Positions 48,599 to 60,673 of a stretch of 64,000 nucleotides of DNA are shown here, piece by piece. A program made the translations under genes and the position numbers. This DNA is from Octopus sinensis (lineage: Eukaryota). The stretch spans positions 7,998,001-8,062,000 of the forward strand of contig NC_043002.1 in the NCBI RefSeq assembly GCF_006345805.1, in the 5' to 3' direction. The notes beneath the pieces were generated by a model that was given only the letters and a program-made list of their open reading frames with translations, was not told the DNA's origin and searched no databases. The number at the start of each line of letters is the position of its first letter. Within the stretch, counting starts at the first letter, position 1.

Positions 48599-49028
48599 GG
48601 ATCTTTTCGGTTTGAACGGCAGTTTTTTAAATAATTTCCACGTAACTAAACACTTTTAAACTTCGTATACTGGTAGAATGTGTTTATAAAACATATTTTC
48701 TCTTGGTTTTATTGAGGAAATTCTATAGTTTGTAAGATATTTGTCGTTTCTTTTCTTCAATTTCTGCAATTTCAACCAATCAATGACGTCTATTGAGGTG
48801 AAAACATTCTGTGCCGTATGAATATGTCCCTCGTTTAAGAAACAAATTGGGTTTATTTACATTTGTGAAGAAAAAAAGAAACCCTTCCTCCACTCCTAAC
48901 CCTAACCCTAACTATCCCAAACCCTAAAACAGATTGAAATGCAAAAGATCGATACTAGGGTCATAATTATGGGTGACAATTTCATATGACACCGCTAGAA
49001 AAAACTGCCGTTCAAACCGAAAAGATCC
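48599..49028. mobile_element. Non-autonomous TIR element, Merlin-type
   Basis: Perfect 30-bp TIR GGATCTTTTCGGTTTGAACGGCAGTTTTTT; perfect 8-bp TSD TTAGCTTG (48591-98, 49029-36). 5'-GG ends with an 8-bp TSD fit Merlin. Confidence 0.85.
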
Positions 49029-49476
49029 TTAGCTTGCAGTGCGCGCGTGTGTGTGTGTGTGTGTTATTCTAAATTTAATGCCTGCTCCGGAGCTCCGAGA
49101 AGCTGCCGTCTATTTCTATGGCGCTCGCAAAATTCCCATAAGTGAATTTCACAAGGTGGCGTCACTCGTCTGTCTGTGCGTCTTTCAAAACATTGAAACC
49201 ATAAAATTCGTTCTGCATAAGCCAGTCCCACACTCAACATGTGATGAGCTTTTAAACAATCGGTTGAATAGAAAGCATTATAAAGGACGATTATATTAAA
49301 ACATTTTAATATAAATTTGGTGAGTGATGGCGAAGTACAAGCTACGAGTAAAAAAAAAATATTATAAGGAAATTATAAAAATAAAAACACAAAAACTCAT
49401 TGTGATGATTTATTTCATTTTAGGACACATTTCTGCTTCTTCGCCTCCACCTCCTTCAGCCTCTTCCTCTTCTTCT

Positions 49477-49511
<35 letters not shown>

Positions 49512-49805
49512 TCTCTCTCTCTGAGCTTTTGATGCGTTAAATTGTCAGCAGAATCAAGGAGCCAGTTTCAATAGACAAGACGGGTTAATCGCGATGGGGA
49601 AAAAACCACCTAAATCTACCGAAAGAGCACCACTAGACATAGCTGTGTGTGTCTGCGTACGTGTGTGTGTGTGTGTGTTTGTGTGTGTGGGCGTATGTGT
49701 GTTGATCGGCCGCTCAGGCTTTGATGACGTCAACTGACCGGAAGAAGCTAATACATTTCAGCACAAACACAATCAGTTCGGATCCTGGCGACCGAATGAA
49801 CGACT

Positions 49806-49846
<41 letters not shown>

Positions 49847-50450
49847 CGATGATATTACACTCGGACCAATGCGTCCCCCGATGACAAGCAAGCAATGAGT
49901 AAAAGAAGGATTAGAAAAACCCACCGACCTCTGAAGTGAATGACCATTGACTGAGAAAATAATCGCTCACTGGAGCTTATCTGAGAGTCATTCGCACTCG
50001 GCTAGAAGCAAGTGAAAGCAACACCGAGAAATAATTCAGTCATTCGTTCATTTAGGCTCAGGTCCTGTCGTTGCTGTCGTTGTTGTGCTATAGTCTTTGT
50101 GTTGGTGTTGGTGTTGCTGACGATGGTGGTGGTGGTGGTTGTGGTGGTGGTTGTGGTGGTATGTATAGCTTAGATGATGGTCGTTGTTATGTTAGGCGTA
50201 ATTTATTGTTTCATTAAGTTATTTCGTTTCATTGTTTTATATTTGATATATTGATAATGTTACAGCAATGGTTGTTGTTGTTTTAGTTGTTGTTTAGTAG
50301 TGGCACTAGTGTTGACGTTGATGCTTATAACTGGTAATAATGACAGTGATGATGATGATAATGGTGGTGGTCGTGGTGGTGGTGGTGGTGAGAGCTGATT
50401 TATCGTGTCGCTAGCGTAGTTGTTGCTATCACTATTCGTTAGCACGCCGG

Positions 50451-51290
50451 GAAGACGGTGAGCTGGCAGAAACGTTAGCACGCCGGGCGAAATGCTTAGC
50501 GGTATTTCGTCTGCGGTTACGTTCTGAGTTCAAATTCCGCCGAGGTCGACTTTGCCTTTCATCCTTTCGGGGTCGATAAATTAAGTACCAGTTACGCACT
50601 GGGGTCGATGTAATCAACTTAATACCTATGTCTGTCCTTGTTTGTCCCCTCTATGTTTAGCCCCTTGTGAGTAGTAAAGAAATAGGTATTTCGTCTGCCA
50701 CTACGTTTGAGTTCAAATTCCGCCGAGGTCGACTTTGCCTTTCATCCTTTCGGGGTCGATTAAATAAGTACCAGTTACGCACGGGGGCCGATGTAATCGA
50801 CTTAATCCCTTTGTCCGTCCTTGTTTGTCCCCTCTATGTTTAGCCCCTTGTGGGCAATAAAGAAATAAGAAACGTTAGCATGCCGGGCGAAATGCTTAGC
50901 GGTATTTCGTCTGCCGTTACGTTCTGAGTTCAAATTCCGCCCAGGTCGACTTTGCCTTTCATCCTTTCGGGGTCGATAAATTAAGTACCAGTTACGCACT
51001 GGGGTCGATGTAATCGACTTAATCCCTTTATCTGTCCTTGTTTGTCCCCTCTGTGTTTAGCCCCTTGTGGGTAGTAAAGAAATATATTCGTTAGCACGCC
51101 GGACGAAATGTTTAGCGCTATTTCGCCCGCCGCTACGTTCTGAGTTCAAATTCTGCCGAGGTCGGCTTTGCCGTTCATTCTTTCGGAGTCGATTAAATAA
51201 ATACCAGTCACGCACTGGGGTCGATATAATCGACTTAATCCCTTACACCAAATTTGAGGCATTGTGCTTCCAGTAGAAAGAATTATTATA
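50451..51290 (+). mobile_element. SINE-A trimer (50451-51084) inserted into a further SINE-A copy
   Basis: 18-bp TSD TATTCGTTAGCACGCCGG at 50433-50450 and 51085-51102 is itself SINE sequence. Confidence 0.88.
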
Positions 51291-52084
51291 TTTAGTCCTA
51301 ACAGTGGAGAGCTGGCGGAATCGTTAGCACGCCAAGTAAAATGCTTCGTGGCATTTCACCAGCCCTGACGTTCTGAGTTCAAGTTCCGCCCAAATCGACT
51401 TTACCTTTCATCTCTTTCAGGGTTAATAAAGTAAGTACCAGTTGACCTTTAGGATCAAAATAATCGACTCGGCCCCTGCCTTAAAATTTCGGGCGTTGTT
51501 CCTATAGTATAAAGATTTATGTTTAATACTAGTCACCGCTTACGGCCATGCTCTCATGTTCGTAGCTTAAAATAAATACAATTTTATGAATTTGTAATAT
51601 TTTCGATAAAATACTTTTAAAGGATACTAACAATCTTCAGTTTATCTGGAAATGCTGCTTCATTCAGACAGTTGCTTCCAAACTATTCAGACAATATTTC
51701 AAAAAATTGGGTTCCATCAAAACAATATTCATAGATAAAAACAGAACCTAAAATCAAATTTTACTAACAGATTAAAAAAAAAAAATAACCAGGAAATGCT
51801 TTTCTCCTAAATGTTGTACTAATTTCTTTAATAACTATTCTAATAAAAGAAAATAAATATAAATATAAAGTATCAGCAATACTAACGTTTCTGCCAGCGC
51901 GCCGCCTTAAATATATATTTTTTTGTTTTGCGTGCATACCAGTGTGTGCACACACGGATGCGCGTGCACATGTGCATTCACATGCGCGCGTGCTCGAATA
52001 TACATGCGCAAAACAAACGATGGGGATTGGTAAGCGTTGGGAAATGGTAACCGTTGGGGATTGGTATGCGTTCAGGAAAATAGT

Positions 52085-52730
52085 AAGCGTTGGGAATTGG
52101 TATGCATTGGGGACTTGATAAAAATATTTAAGGAGCTCGGCCTGTCCATAACGGTTACCACCAACCTGACTATGGTTGATTTCTTGGATATAACTTTAGA
52201 CCTCGGTATTACCCGTACAGGAAGTGTGACGAGGATACAGTATACATCCACAAGAGCTCAAATCATCCCCCCGCTGTAATTAGAAACCTGGTTCCAGGCA
52301 TTCGTAAACGACTATCTAATTTCTCGGCCAATAGAGAGATCTTTAACAGGTCAGACCCCACTACAACGATGCTTTAGCTAGGAGCGGGTTTACTGAGAAG
52401 CTCACGAACGTGGACAACCTCCAAACACTCTCTCCTCACTCCAAAAGTATTAAGAGAAGGAAAATTATATGGTATACCCCCCCCCTTCGACCAAGAGTTT
52501 TCCACCAACGTAGCTAGTATTGTCATCTCTTCAACACCCATAATGTCAAGGTGAGCTACTCTTGCTTAGACAACATCGCATCTAACATCGTACGCATCAA
52601 TAGACGTAAAAATGCACCCACACCACCCCACCCCAACCCCAACCTGAAACTCCAAAACTCCACCATGTGCCCTCTAGCAGGTTCGTGCCTCTCAAGGACT
52701 GTAGTATACAAAGCCACCCACACAACAATA
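52085..52730 (+). pseudogene. PLE RT C-terminus, thumb, CxC linker and start of GIY-YIG domain
   Basis: VDFLDITLDL, YIHKSSNHPPAVIRNL..GIRKRLS, RRKIIWYTPPF, VKVSYSCLDNI, CPLAGSCLSRTVVYKA; frameshifted. Confidence 0.82.
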
Positions 52731-53189
52731 TACGCATGCGCGCAAAACTATATCAGCGCGTTACATACCCACATATACAACTATATACTTGCACATACCG
52801 CCCCTTCCTACTACTTCCAACAACCTGACCGATTTCTAATCGCCACATGGTCTATTTCCTGTTCTCCATGTAGTCAATTTCTTGTTTGCCATGCGGTATT
52901 TTCCAACTAACAGTTACCCATATACCAACGTCAAACCACGACCAATCGCAGCCCACTTTACGGTAACAGCAATCAGTTTCTGTCATTCGAATTCAAAATG
53001 GCTAACGACGAACAGCACGCTTGAAACTCAAGAGTACCGACGAATTTGAATCAATCTGTTTTGAATCACACACACACATATATATATAGGTATCTCTTTT
53101 ACTTTGCATTACTTTTCCGTTGTGATACAAATAAAATGAACCAAGCATCAATTATATTTTTTCTTCTCTATTTTCTTATATTCATATAT

Positions 53190-53242
<53 letters not shown>

Positions 53243-53602
53243 CACGACAGGCTTCTTTCAGTTTCCGTCAACCAAATCTACATAGAAAGTTGTTGTCTGC
53301 CCGAGACTATACAAGAAAGCATTTGAATATATAGTTAAAAAAAATTAGACGTCTTATCACAAAACCACGCCGGAGAAAATTTATAGAAATGCCTTTATAA
53401 GTAGTTTGAGAGTACCAAAGTTTTCCGGTAATGCTTTTTCACTCTCTGAGAAGTTCAGTCTGAATTTTCGTTCGCCGATTACTGGTGTGTGATTACGTTC
53501 GATTTCTACCAAATTAGCCCTAAGTATAATGTATTTTTGCCCCCAAATAGGATTAGATGGGAAGTCGACTAAACACATATGTAGAACTCTTAAATGTAAC
53601 TA

Positions 53603-53675
53603 CTCCGCAGATAGCTGTTATGGCCTCCGCAGATAGCTGTTATGGCCTCCGCAGATAGCTGTAGAGGCCATAACG
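53603..53675. repeat. 22-bp tandem repeat x3 with an inverted terminal segment
   Basis: CTCCGCAGATAGCTGTTATGGC at 53603, 53625 and 53647 (partial), then AGGCCATAAC. Confidence 0.9.
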
Positions 53676-53933
53676 CTGACTGTGATGCGTAGGCTGGAGG
53701 GACTCAAAGAGGAATATCGCTTGTGGCCGGGCAACGCCGACTCGGAGCCCGCCTTGGTTTTAAATGAGTCGTGGGTGATGGCGAAATATACGGGCACAAG
53801 CGATGTTGGGGAGGAAAATTGACAAGAGGTTGAAAAGCCTCAGTGTTATAATGTTTTAGTTCTTTATTCTTTTTTTTTCTATTTCTTTATTTCAGTGTTA
53901 TAATGTTTAAGTGTGTAAGAGGCTCAGTGCCTC

Positions 53934-54126
53934 AATTTGTAAATGGACTTTTAAGTCCAAAAATTGTAAAAACCGAAGTAACAGGTTCAATACCTCGTTT
54001 TGTTTTTTGCGTAAAAATAATAATGTTTTAATTTGTAAATGGACTTTAAGTCCAATAATTGTAAAAACGGAAGTAAGAGGTTCAATACCTCGGTTTGTTT
54101 TTTTGTGTCAAAAAATAATGTTTTAG
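53934..54126. repeat. About 100-bp tandem duplication
   Basis: ATTTGTAAATGGACTTT..AAGTCC...GGTTCAATACCTCG occurs twice. Confidence 0.85.
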
Positions 54127-54264
54127 AGAAGCAAAAAATCGGCGGGCGTTTTTTGTCTTCTCCCATTAATATCATTTTATTTCATCATTCATCTCATCAA
54201 TGTTGCTGTCCAGTCCGCAAGCTACACTGAATCATGCCTTTATGGCAAAATTTTTTGAAATTAA

Positions 54265-54580
54265 GTAGCTTACTTACCAACCACATGGTTCTGGGTTCAA
54301 TCCCACTGCGTGGCACCTTAGGTAAATTATAACCTCGAGCCGACCAAAGCCTTGTGAGTGGTAAACGGAAACTGAAAGAAGCCCGTCGTATATATGTATA
54401 TGTATATATATGTGTGTGTGTTTGTCACCTCCCACATCGCTTGACAACCCGATGCTGGTGTTTTCGTCCCCGTAACTTAGCGGTTCGACAAAAAGAGACC
54501 GATAGAATAAGTACTAGGTTTCCAAAAATAAGTCCTGGGGTCGATTTCCCAAATGACTGAAACAAGTAAAAGAATAATAG
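54265..54580 (+). mobile_element. SINE family B, degenerate
   Basis: AAGTAGCTTACTTACCAACCACATGGTTCTGGGTTCAATCCCACTGCG head and AAATGACTGAAACAAGTAAAAG tail. Confidence 0.82.
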
Positions 54581-55411
54581 GGTTTACTTTACTTTTCATC
54601 CCTCCGGGGTCGATATGATAAAGTACGAGACATTTACTAGGGGACTATGGTATCGACTAACACCCTCCCCTAAGAAAAAGTTTGGTCTCGTTCCTAAATC
54701 AGAAATTTATAACTGCTATTGAAATCGTTGTCTTGAGAGAATCGTTAGAGCGTCGAACAAAATATCTTGCAGTACTTGTACAAGTCTTTTTATGTTCTGA
54801 GTTCAAATTTCGTTGAGTTCTGTTTTGACTTTCATCCTTCCAGTTGTCAAGCATTGGGGTCGATATACCCGACTGTCACCGCTGACCAAATTCTCGACCT
54901 AGTGCCTATGTAAGAAATCAATATTCACATACACAAACATACAAGCACACACGCACATGCAATCACGCACGTACATTCTTGCACGCATACTCACACGAAA
55001 CACACACACACACACACACACAACACACAGACACACACAGACACGCACTGCCCACGCAACTTCTCATACACACAGTGTGTCAAAGAATAAAGTGAGCCTC
55101 TTCGCTCGCTGTAGCGTGGCCATGCAGATGAGAAAGTGGAATAGAGAAACAAAGGGAGATAAAAAGAGGTGGGGAGAAGAAAAAGGTAGAAAACCCGAAA
55201 AAAAAAATATGGAAGACATGAAAGGGGATAAACACGGTTTGAAATTTGCGATTTTTTTTTTTATTTTGTTTTATATTTCTGTTTTACATTCTTTATTGTT
55301 TTGATTTTTTTTTTTTTACCTTTGTAAAACTAGTCTACTCGGAATGTTCTCTTCATCTCTCGGTTTTGCTACGCAATAAAATTAATAGACAAGCTTTCTG
55401 GTGCTAATTGA

Positions 55412-55423
55412 AAGATGGCGGCC
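55412..55423 (+). promoter_or_regulatory. Perfect YY1-type motif AAGATGGCGGCC
   Basis: Exact match to the YY1 consensus in non-repeat sequence; function untested. Confidence 0.3.
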
Positions 55424-55568
55424 AACCGTTTCGATAAGAATCGGGAATTAGAAATTAAGAATAAAAAGCAAAAAATAGAAAAATTTCAAAAATCACGATA
55501 TAGTACTGAAATATCAATTACCATTAACTCTTCAAATGTTCGTGAAGATAACGAGAATAAGGATTATT

Positions 55569-55601
<33 letters not shown>

Positions 55602-56061
55602 ATCGTTGTTGTTGCTGTTCTTCTTACTGTTACCGTCATCATTATTATCATTATTCTGATTCCATGATGTTGATGATAATGACGATCGAGGTAGTGGTTA
55701 TCGGTTGGTGTTGGTGGGTGGGGGGGTGTTCCTAAGTTGATACTATTTTCACTGGTAATATCGAAAATAATATTGATATTAATGATGACGATGATGATGG
55801 TGGTGGTAGTGGTGGTGGTGGTATTGGTGGTGATGGTGGTAGTGGTGGTGGTGGTGGTGGCAGTGGTAGTAGTGGTGGTGGTGGTGGTGGTGGTGGTGGT
55901 GCTTGTTGGGAAGGTTGGGTGGTGATGCCGGTATCAATGATACTAATAATAATGAGAATTTCATTACTTGCCACTATGACGATGACGATATTTTCTGTTT
56001 GGCACAACAACAACAACAACAACAAAAACAAACAAAGAGATTTATCTTTAAAAACACATCA

Positions 56062-56112
<51 letters not shown>

Positions 56113-56442
56113 TATTATCATTATTATTATTATTATTAACTGTGGTGGCGGCGATGATGAATGTATGAATATAGCGGTGATTGTTGATGGTGAGAACTGA
56201 ATATGCATATGTGTGTATGTGTGTGCATGTGTGTGTGTATATGCATATATGTATATATACATACAACGCACACACATACACAAAGACACACGCGCGCACA
56301 GCGCACAGACACATACGCGCGCACAGCGCACAGACACATACGCGCGCGCACACACACACACATATACATGTAGCTGAAGTGAACCTTTAACCCACTCGCG
56401 TTTTTTTATCTTATAGTATATATATGTATGTATATATATATA

Positions 56443-56505
<63 letters not shown>

Positions 56506-56604
56506 GATATATATATATATACATATATATACATACATATATATGTATCATATACATATATATATATATATATATATAAATAATATATATATATAGATAT
56601 ATAG

Positions 56605-56636
<32 letters not shown>

Positions 56637-56651
56637 TTGGTGTTGTGAATA

Positions 56652-56695
<44 letters not shown>

Positions 56696-57669
56696 ATATA
56701 TATATATACATATAATATATATATATGATACATATATATATATATATATAATATATATATTATATAATATATATATATATATTATATATATATATATACA
56801 CAGACACAATTTTGATACTTATTCGAGTATGAGCTTTTCCATCCATTGCCGTTGTTACAGTTGTTTAATTTTTGTTGTTGTTTGTTAAATGATACTGCTG
56901 ATTCGTCTTCTTTCCAGATGTAGAATAATTTACTTTTTGCTTCTCTCTCTCTCTCTCTCATTACTTCTTATCCTATTGCACATCGTTATCATCACCACGA
57001 CCACCATTATCATCCTCATCATCATTTTAGGTATCGTCACCGTCATCCTCGTCGTCGTCATCATCATCATCATCGTCATTAGAGCGGTGGATGTTCGAAT
57101 CAGTGGAGCAGAGGACAAAATTCCTTACCGTGTCTAGTTATGTCCATTTATGTCCTTAGTTCAAAATCTGGCCACTCAGTTACCGGGTTTGCTTCTTTTA
57201 AATCGACTAATTATACACTTCTCTCAATACTTTCTCGGTCAGTTACTCGGACCGATTAGATCGATTGCACACTTTCCCCAATATATGTGTCCTTGTAGCA
57301 AAATGAAAAACCCTCACTATATTGACTCCTTGCATCGGGTCCATCCTCAAACTTGGGAGAGGAGTATAAGATGATTATATCGATCCCTGTACATAACTGG
57401 CATATTATTTTATCGACCCCGAACATCCTTGGTGGGATTCGAACTCAGAACATAATGGGCCGTAACTAAATGATGAAAGGTTCCAATGATTCTGCTAGTC
57501 CATTGCTTTTAGAAATCATCATTATTCTCTGGAATGTTGTCAGTGACTTATTGCATGCCTCCAGCTAGATCACATGGTAGGTGGAAAGTCCAATCTCGTA
57601 TTTCCCGACTGTGCCAGTATGGTCACGGACGAACAGCATCATGTCATCTAGGCCTTAGATAAGTTTATT

Positions 57670-58064
57670 CTTACTTACTTGTACTTGTGGCGAGATTCAC
57701 CCTGGGTGGGTTGAGTCGGCTTCTTCCACCACCCTCGAGGCATCTCGAACCATGGCAGTTGAAGAAGTTTCGTGGGAATATGAATTTCACAAGCGGTCCC
57801 CAACAATCCCACATGTAGAGACATCCTGTTTGCCGCAGACGCAGGGACAGAACGACCGAGGAGCCGCCGGATGCCGAAACAGACACTCCGAGGATTTTCA
57901 CCAGAGCCCCTTCTGCCGGGTTGTGGCCCTAATACCACTCGGTGTCAGACCAATCCGCCTTGGGTGGCCCTTCCAGGAACCGAAGTTCCCGACGGCATAG
58001 CTCTGACACTACCCGTTGCCAGCGTCCCCACCACGGTGAGGAGGGGATGGACTTTGGGGACGCT
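57670..58064 (-). mobile_element. Short (about 395 bp) GC-rich non-coding retroposon, non-inverted copy
   Basis: Colinear form of the 23989-24363 element; tail CGCCACAAGTACAAGTAAGTAAG; weak TSD TAGAT.A...TTAT. Confidence 0.82.
57953..58064 (-). ncRNA. Candidate HDV-like ribozyme at the retroposon 5' end
   Basis: P1 AGCGTCC(CC)/(GG)GGACGCT followed by GG; L3-like TCCTCACCGT; P4 region with GGAAC-TTCG-GTTCC; CCAA then GGCGGAT able to pair with GTCCATC. P3/L3 is non-canonical. Confidence 0.35.
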
Positions 58065-58675
58065 TAGATTATACTTATCTACTGGTCAAAAGACTACCCT
58101 ATGTATATTGAAAGGGCTGAAGACAGATGCGTTCCTCTTTGACCGAGTCCACATCAACGTTTTCAAGCTTCACTATAAAGGAAAGTTAGGGCAGAGAGGG
58201 AAGTGCTGCTTCCCAGCAATTTTAATGAAAGGTGAGTGAATGTGATCAGTCTGAGTGATGTCCGAGCATGTGCCTGTAGATTGAAGGAAGGGAATGTGGA
58301 AAGAGTATTTTCCCTATTGGTCAGGACGACCGTTGTTTTATGGGAGTTCCACGAGCATCCCTAGGATTATTGCCTTGTAACGGCCCCAATACGTTTTGTG
58401 AACCCATCGTTGTAAGTATAGAAAGCCTTATTATTAATGTTACTATTGTTGCTGTCTTTAAGGCTGCAAACTGGTAGAATCGTTAGCACGCTGGACGAAA
58501 TGTTTAGCGATATTTCGCTCGTCGCTATGCTCTGAGTTCAAATTCTGCTGAGGTCGGCTTTGCCTTTCATCATTTCGGGATCGATAAATCAAGTGCCAGT
58601 GAAACACTTTGGTCGATGTAATCGACTGGTTCCCTCCCCCAAAATGTCAGGCCTTGTGCCTATAGTAGAAAGGAT

Positions 58676-58900
58676 TATTAATACCTTAGCGAAGGCGGAG
58701 GTATTGTTTTCAGTCGTGTTTGCTTGTTTGTTTGTTTGTTTGTTTGTTTGTTTGTTTATCTGTGGACAAGACATCTCAAGAACCGCTGGATGGATTCGGA
58801 TGAAACAGGGATGTTTGACCTCGTGACCGGCACGAACTAATTAGATTTGGGGATTGATCCGGTACCGGACAAGGATTCTAGATTATTTGTTATATCTACT
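58676..58900 (+). mobile_element. Helentron-associated (HINE/DINE-1-like) element fragment
   Basis: TTAATACCTTAGCGAAGGCGGAGGTATTGTTTTC hairpin head, (GTTT)n, then CTCAAGAACCGCTGGATGGATT. A related 3' part at about 59645-59990 shares GATC..(G/A)TACCGGACAAGGATTCT.GATTATTT. Confidence 0.6.
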
Positions 58901-59128
58901 TTACTAAACATGATTATGATCTTACGTTCACTTTCAAGTCTTTCTCAATTATCTCCCTTTAGGCTGTTTCCAAAGTTTTATTTTCGTTTCTCTATTATTA
59001 ATTTTCCTCACGTCTCTATCTTAGTAAAACATGGATAAAGAAATCAAACTACATGAACAAACGGCAACAAAACCGTTCAGAAATTAAAGAACACTAACAT
59101 TTTTTATATTAATATACATAATACATAC

Positions 59129-59192
<64 letters not shown>

Positions 59193-59194
<2 letters not shown>

Positions 59195-59318
59195 ATAGAA
59201 GGAGCTCTCTAGAGGACTAGTACTTTTATTCAAATGAAATCATCAGGAAGCCACAGGAAGCTTCCTGATGATTTCATTTGAATGAACAGTACTAGTCCTG
59301 TAGAAGCTCCTTCTATAA
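59193..59318. repeat. 126-bp fold-back hairpin between (TA)n tracts
   Basis: Perfect 24-bp inner arms 59228-59251/59260-59283, plus AGGACTAGTACT and TTATAGAAGGAGCT outer stems. Confidence 0.92.
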
Positions 59319-60212
59319 AATAAATTAATTTACTCTGCTATGTATTGAGTACCTTATTTACTGTGGTTAACCCCGACTCAACCCGGGACCTACATATATA
59401 TATTATATATATTATATGATATATATTATATTATATTATATTATATATATATTATATTATATTATATTATATTATATTATATCATATTATATTATATATT
59501 AACACTTTACATATACTTAGATATATAATAAATATATCTATACATCAATCTAAAACAACGGGAATACTAAAGGAAGGCCGGAATTTAAGAGAAGAGAAAA
59601 CCAAAAGTCTCATACTATTCATTTAAAAATTCCTGAGTAGACTTATTATTATTACCTCCGCTTTTGATACTATTTTGAATGGTGAATTTGTTAACTTTGG
59701 CTTGTATTAGATAAGGATAAACTATAGTTATTACTATTACTAAATTTTCTACAGCCACCTTCACATTCCATGACTACCATTGGGATCGATCAGATACCGG
59801 ACAAGGATTCTGGATTATTTTTCCGGTTTTTTTACTTAATTTTTGAGAGCACCCGGGTTCATTTTCAGTATTCTCGTTTGTGAGAGCAGTCGAGTTTATT
59901 TCAGATATTCTCCTTTTAAAATTATCTCGGGTAATCGTTGAGAGGACGTTGATGGTGGTTTGTGCTTTCTGAGTTCTCTTGTTATTATTGCTGTGTTTAA
60001 GGCGACGAGCTGGAAGAGTCGTTATTGCGCCTGGCGAAATGCTTAGCAGCATTTCGTCCATCTTTACGTCCTGAGTTCAAATTCCGTCGAGGTCGACTTT
60101 ACCTTTCATTCTTTCGGGATCGATTAAATAAGTACCAGTTACACATTGAGGTTGATGTAATCGACTTAGTCCCTTCCCCAAAATTTGAGGCCTTGTGCTT
60201 CCAGTGGAAAGG

Positions 60213-60267
<55 letters not shown>

Positions 60268-60268
<1 letters not shown>

Positions 60269-60635
60269 CTCTCTATATATAAGCGGCAAAATGTCTGTCT
60301 GTGTGTGTATCCTTTATACAAATCCACAATTTTTCAGTTAGAGGGCTCGCACTTTCTATGGTCATTCAAAACCGTCCAAGGGTGGTCGTGCACATCTTTA
60401 CATTTCCCCAGTAACCCCGCAAAGCCATTAAAAAATCAATAGAAGTGACTTTTTTGTGAATTTTCTCTCCAAAACCCAATCAAAATGCCCGAAACGAGAT
60501 ACGCCAAATGAAAGCCAGCTAGCTGTATGTGATTGGTCAGAGATTTGGACAGTACTCGCGGGTATGTGCGCATGCACGCAGCTGTATATGCTTGCACTAG
60601 CACTATGACCCGGCGTTGCCGAGTCATAGTGCTAG
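60268..60635 (+). mobile_element. Non-autonomous Helitron inserted in (TTA)n
   Basis: A|TC start, CTAG|T end, no TSD; 13-bp perfect terminal stem CTAGCACTATGAC/GTCATAGTGCTAG. Confidence 0.9.

Positions 60636-60669
<34 letters not shown>

Positions 60670-60673
<4 letters not shown>

Noticed and set aside
52990-53040. CTAACGA...GAAACTCAAGAGTA hammerhead-like vestige downstream of a PLE relic
   Set aside because: The core G5 is altered, stem II does not close and stem I is only 2-3 bp; too degenerate to support.
53381-53578. Possible IS630/Tc1 C-terminal fragment (PSNPIWGQ)
   Set aside because: The similarity is limited to a few residues; it needs an HMM search.
58116-58237. Possible host exon ending in AG|GTGAGT
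   Set aside because: No polypyrimidine acceptor, and the open frame (LKTDAFLFDRVH...) matches no family I recognise.
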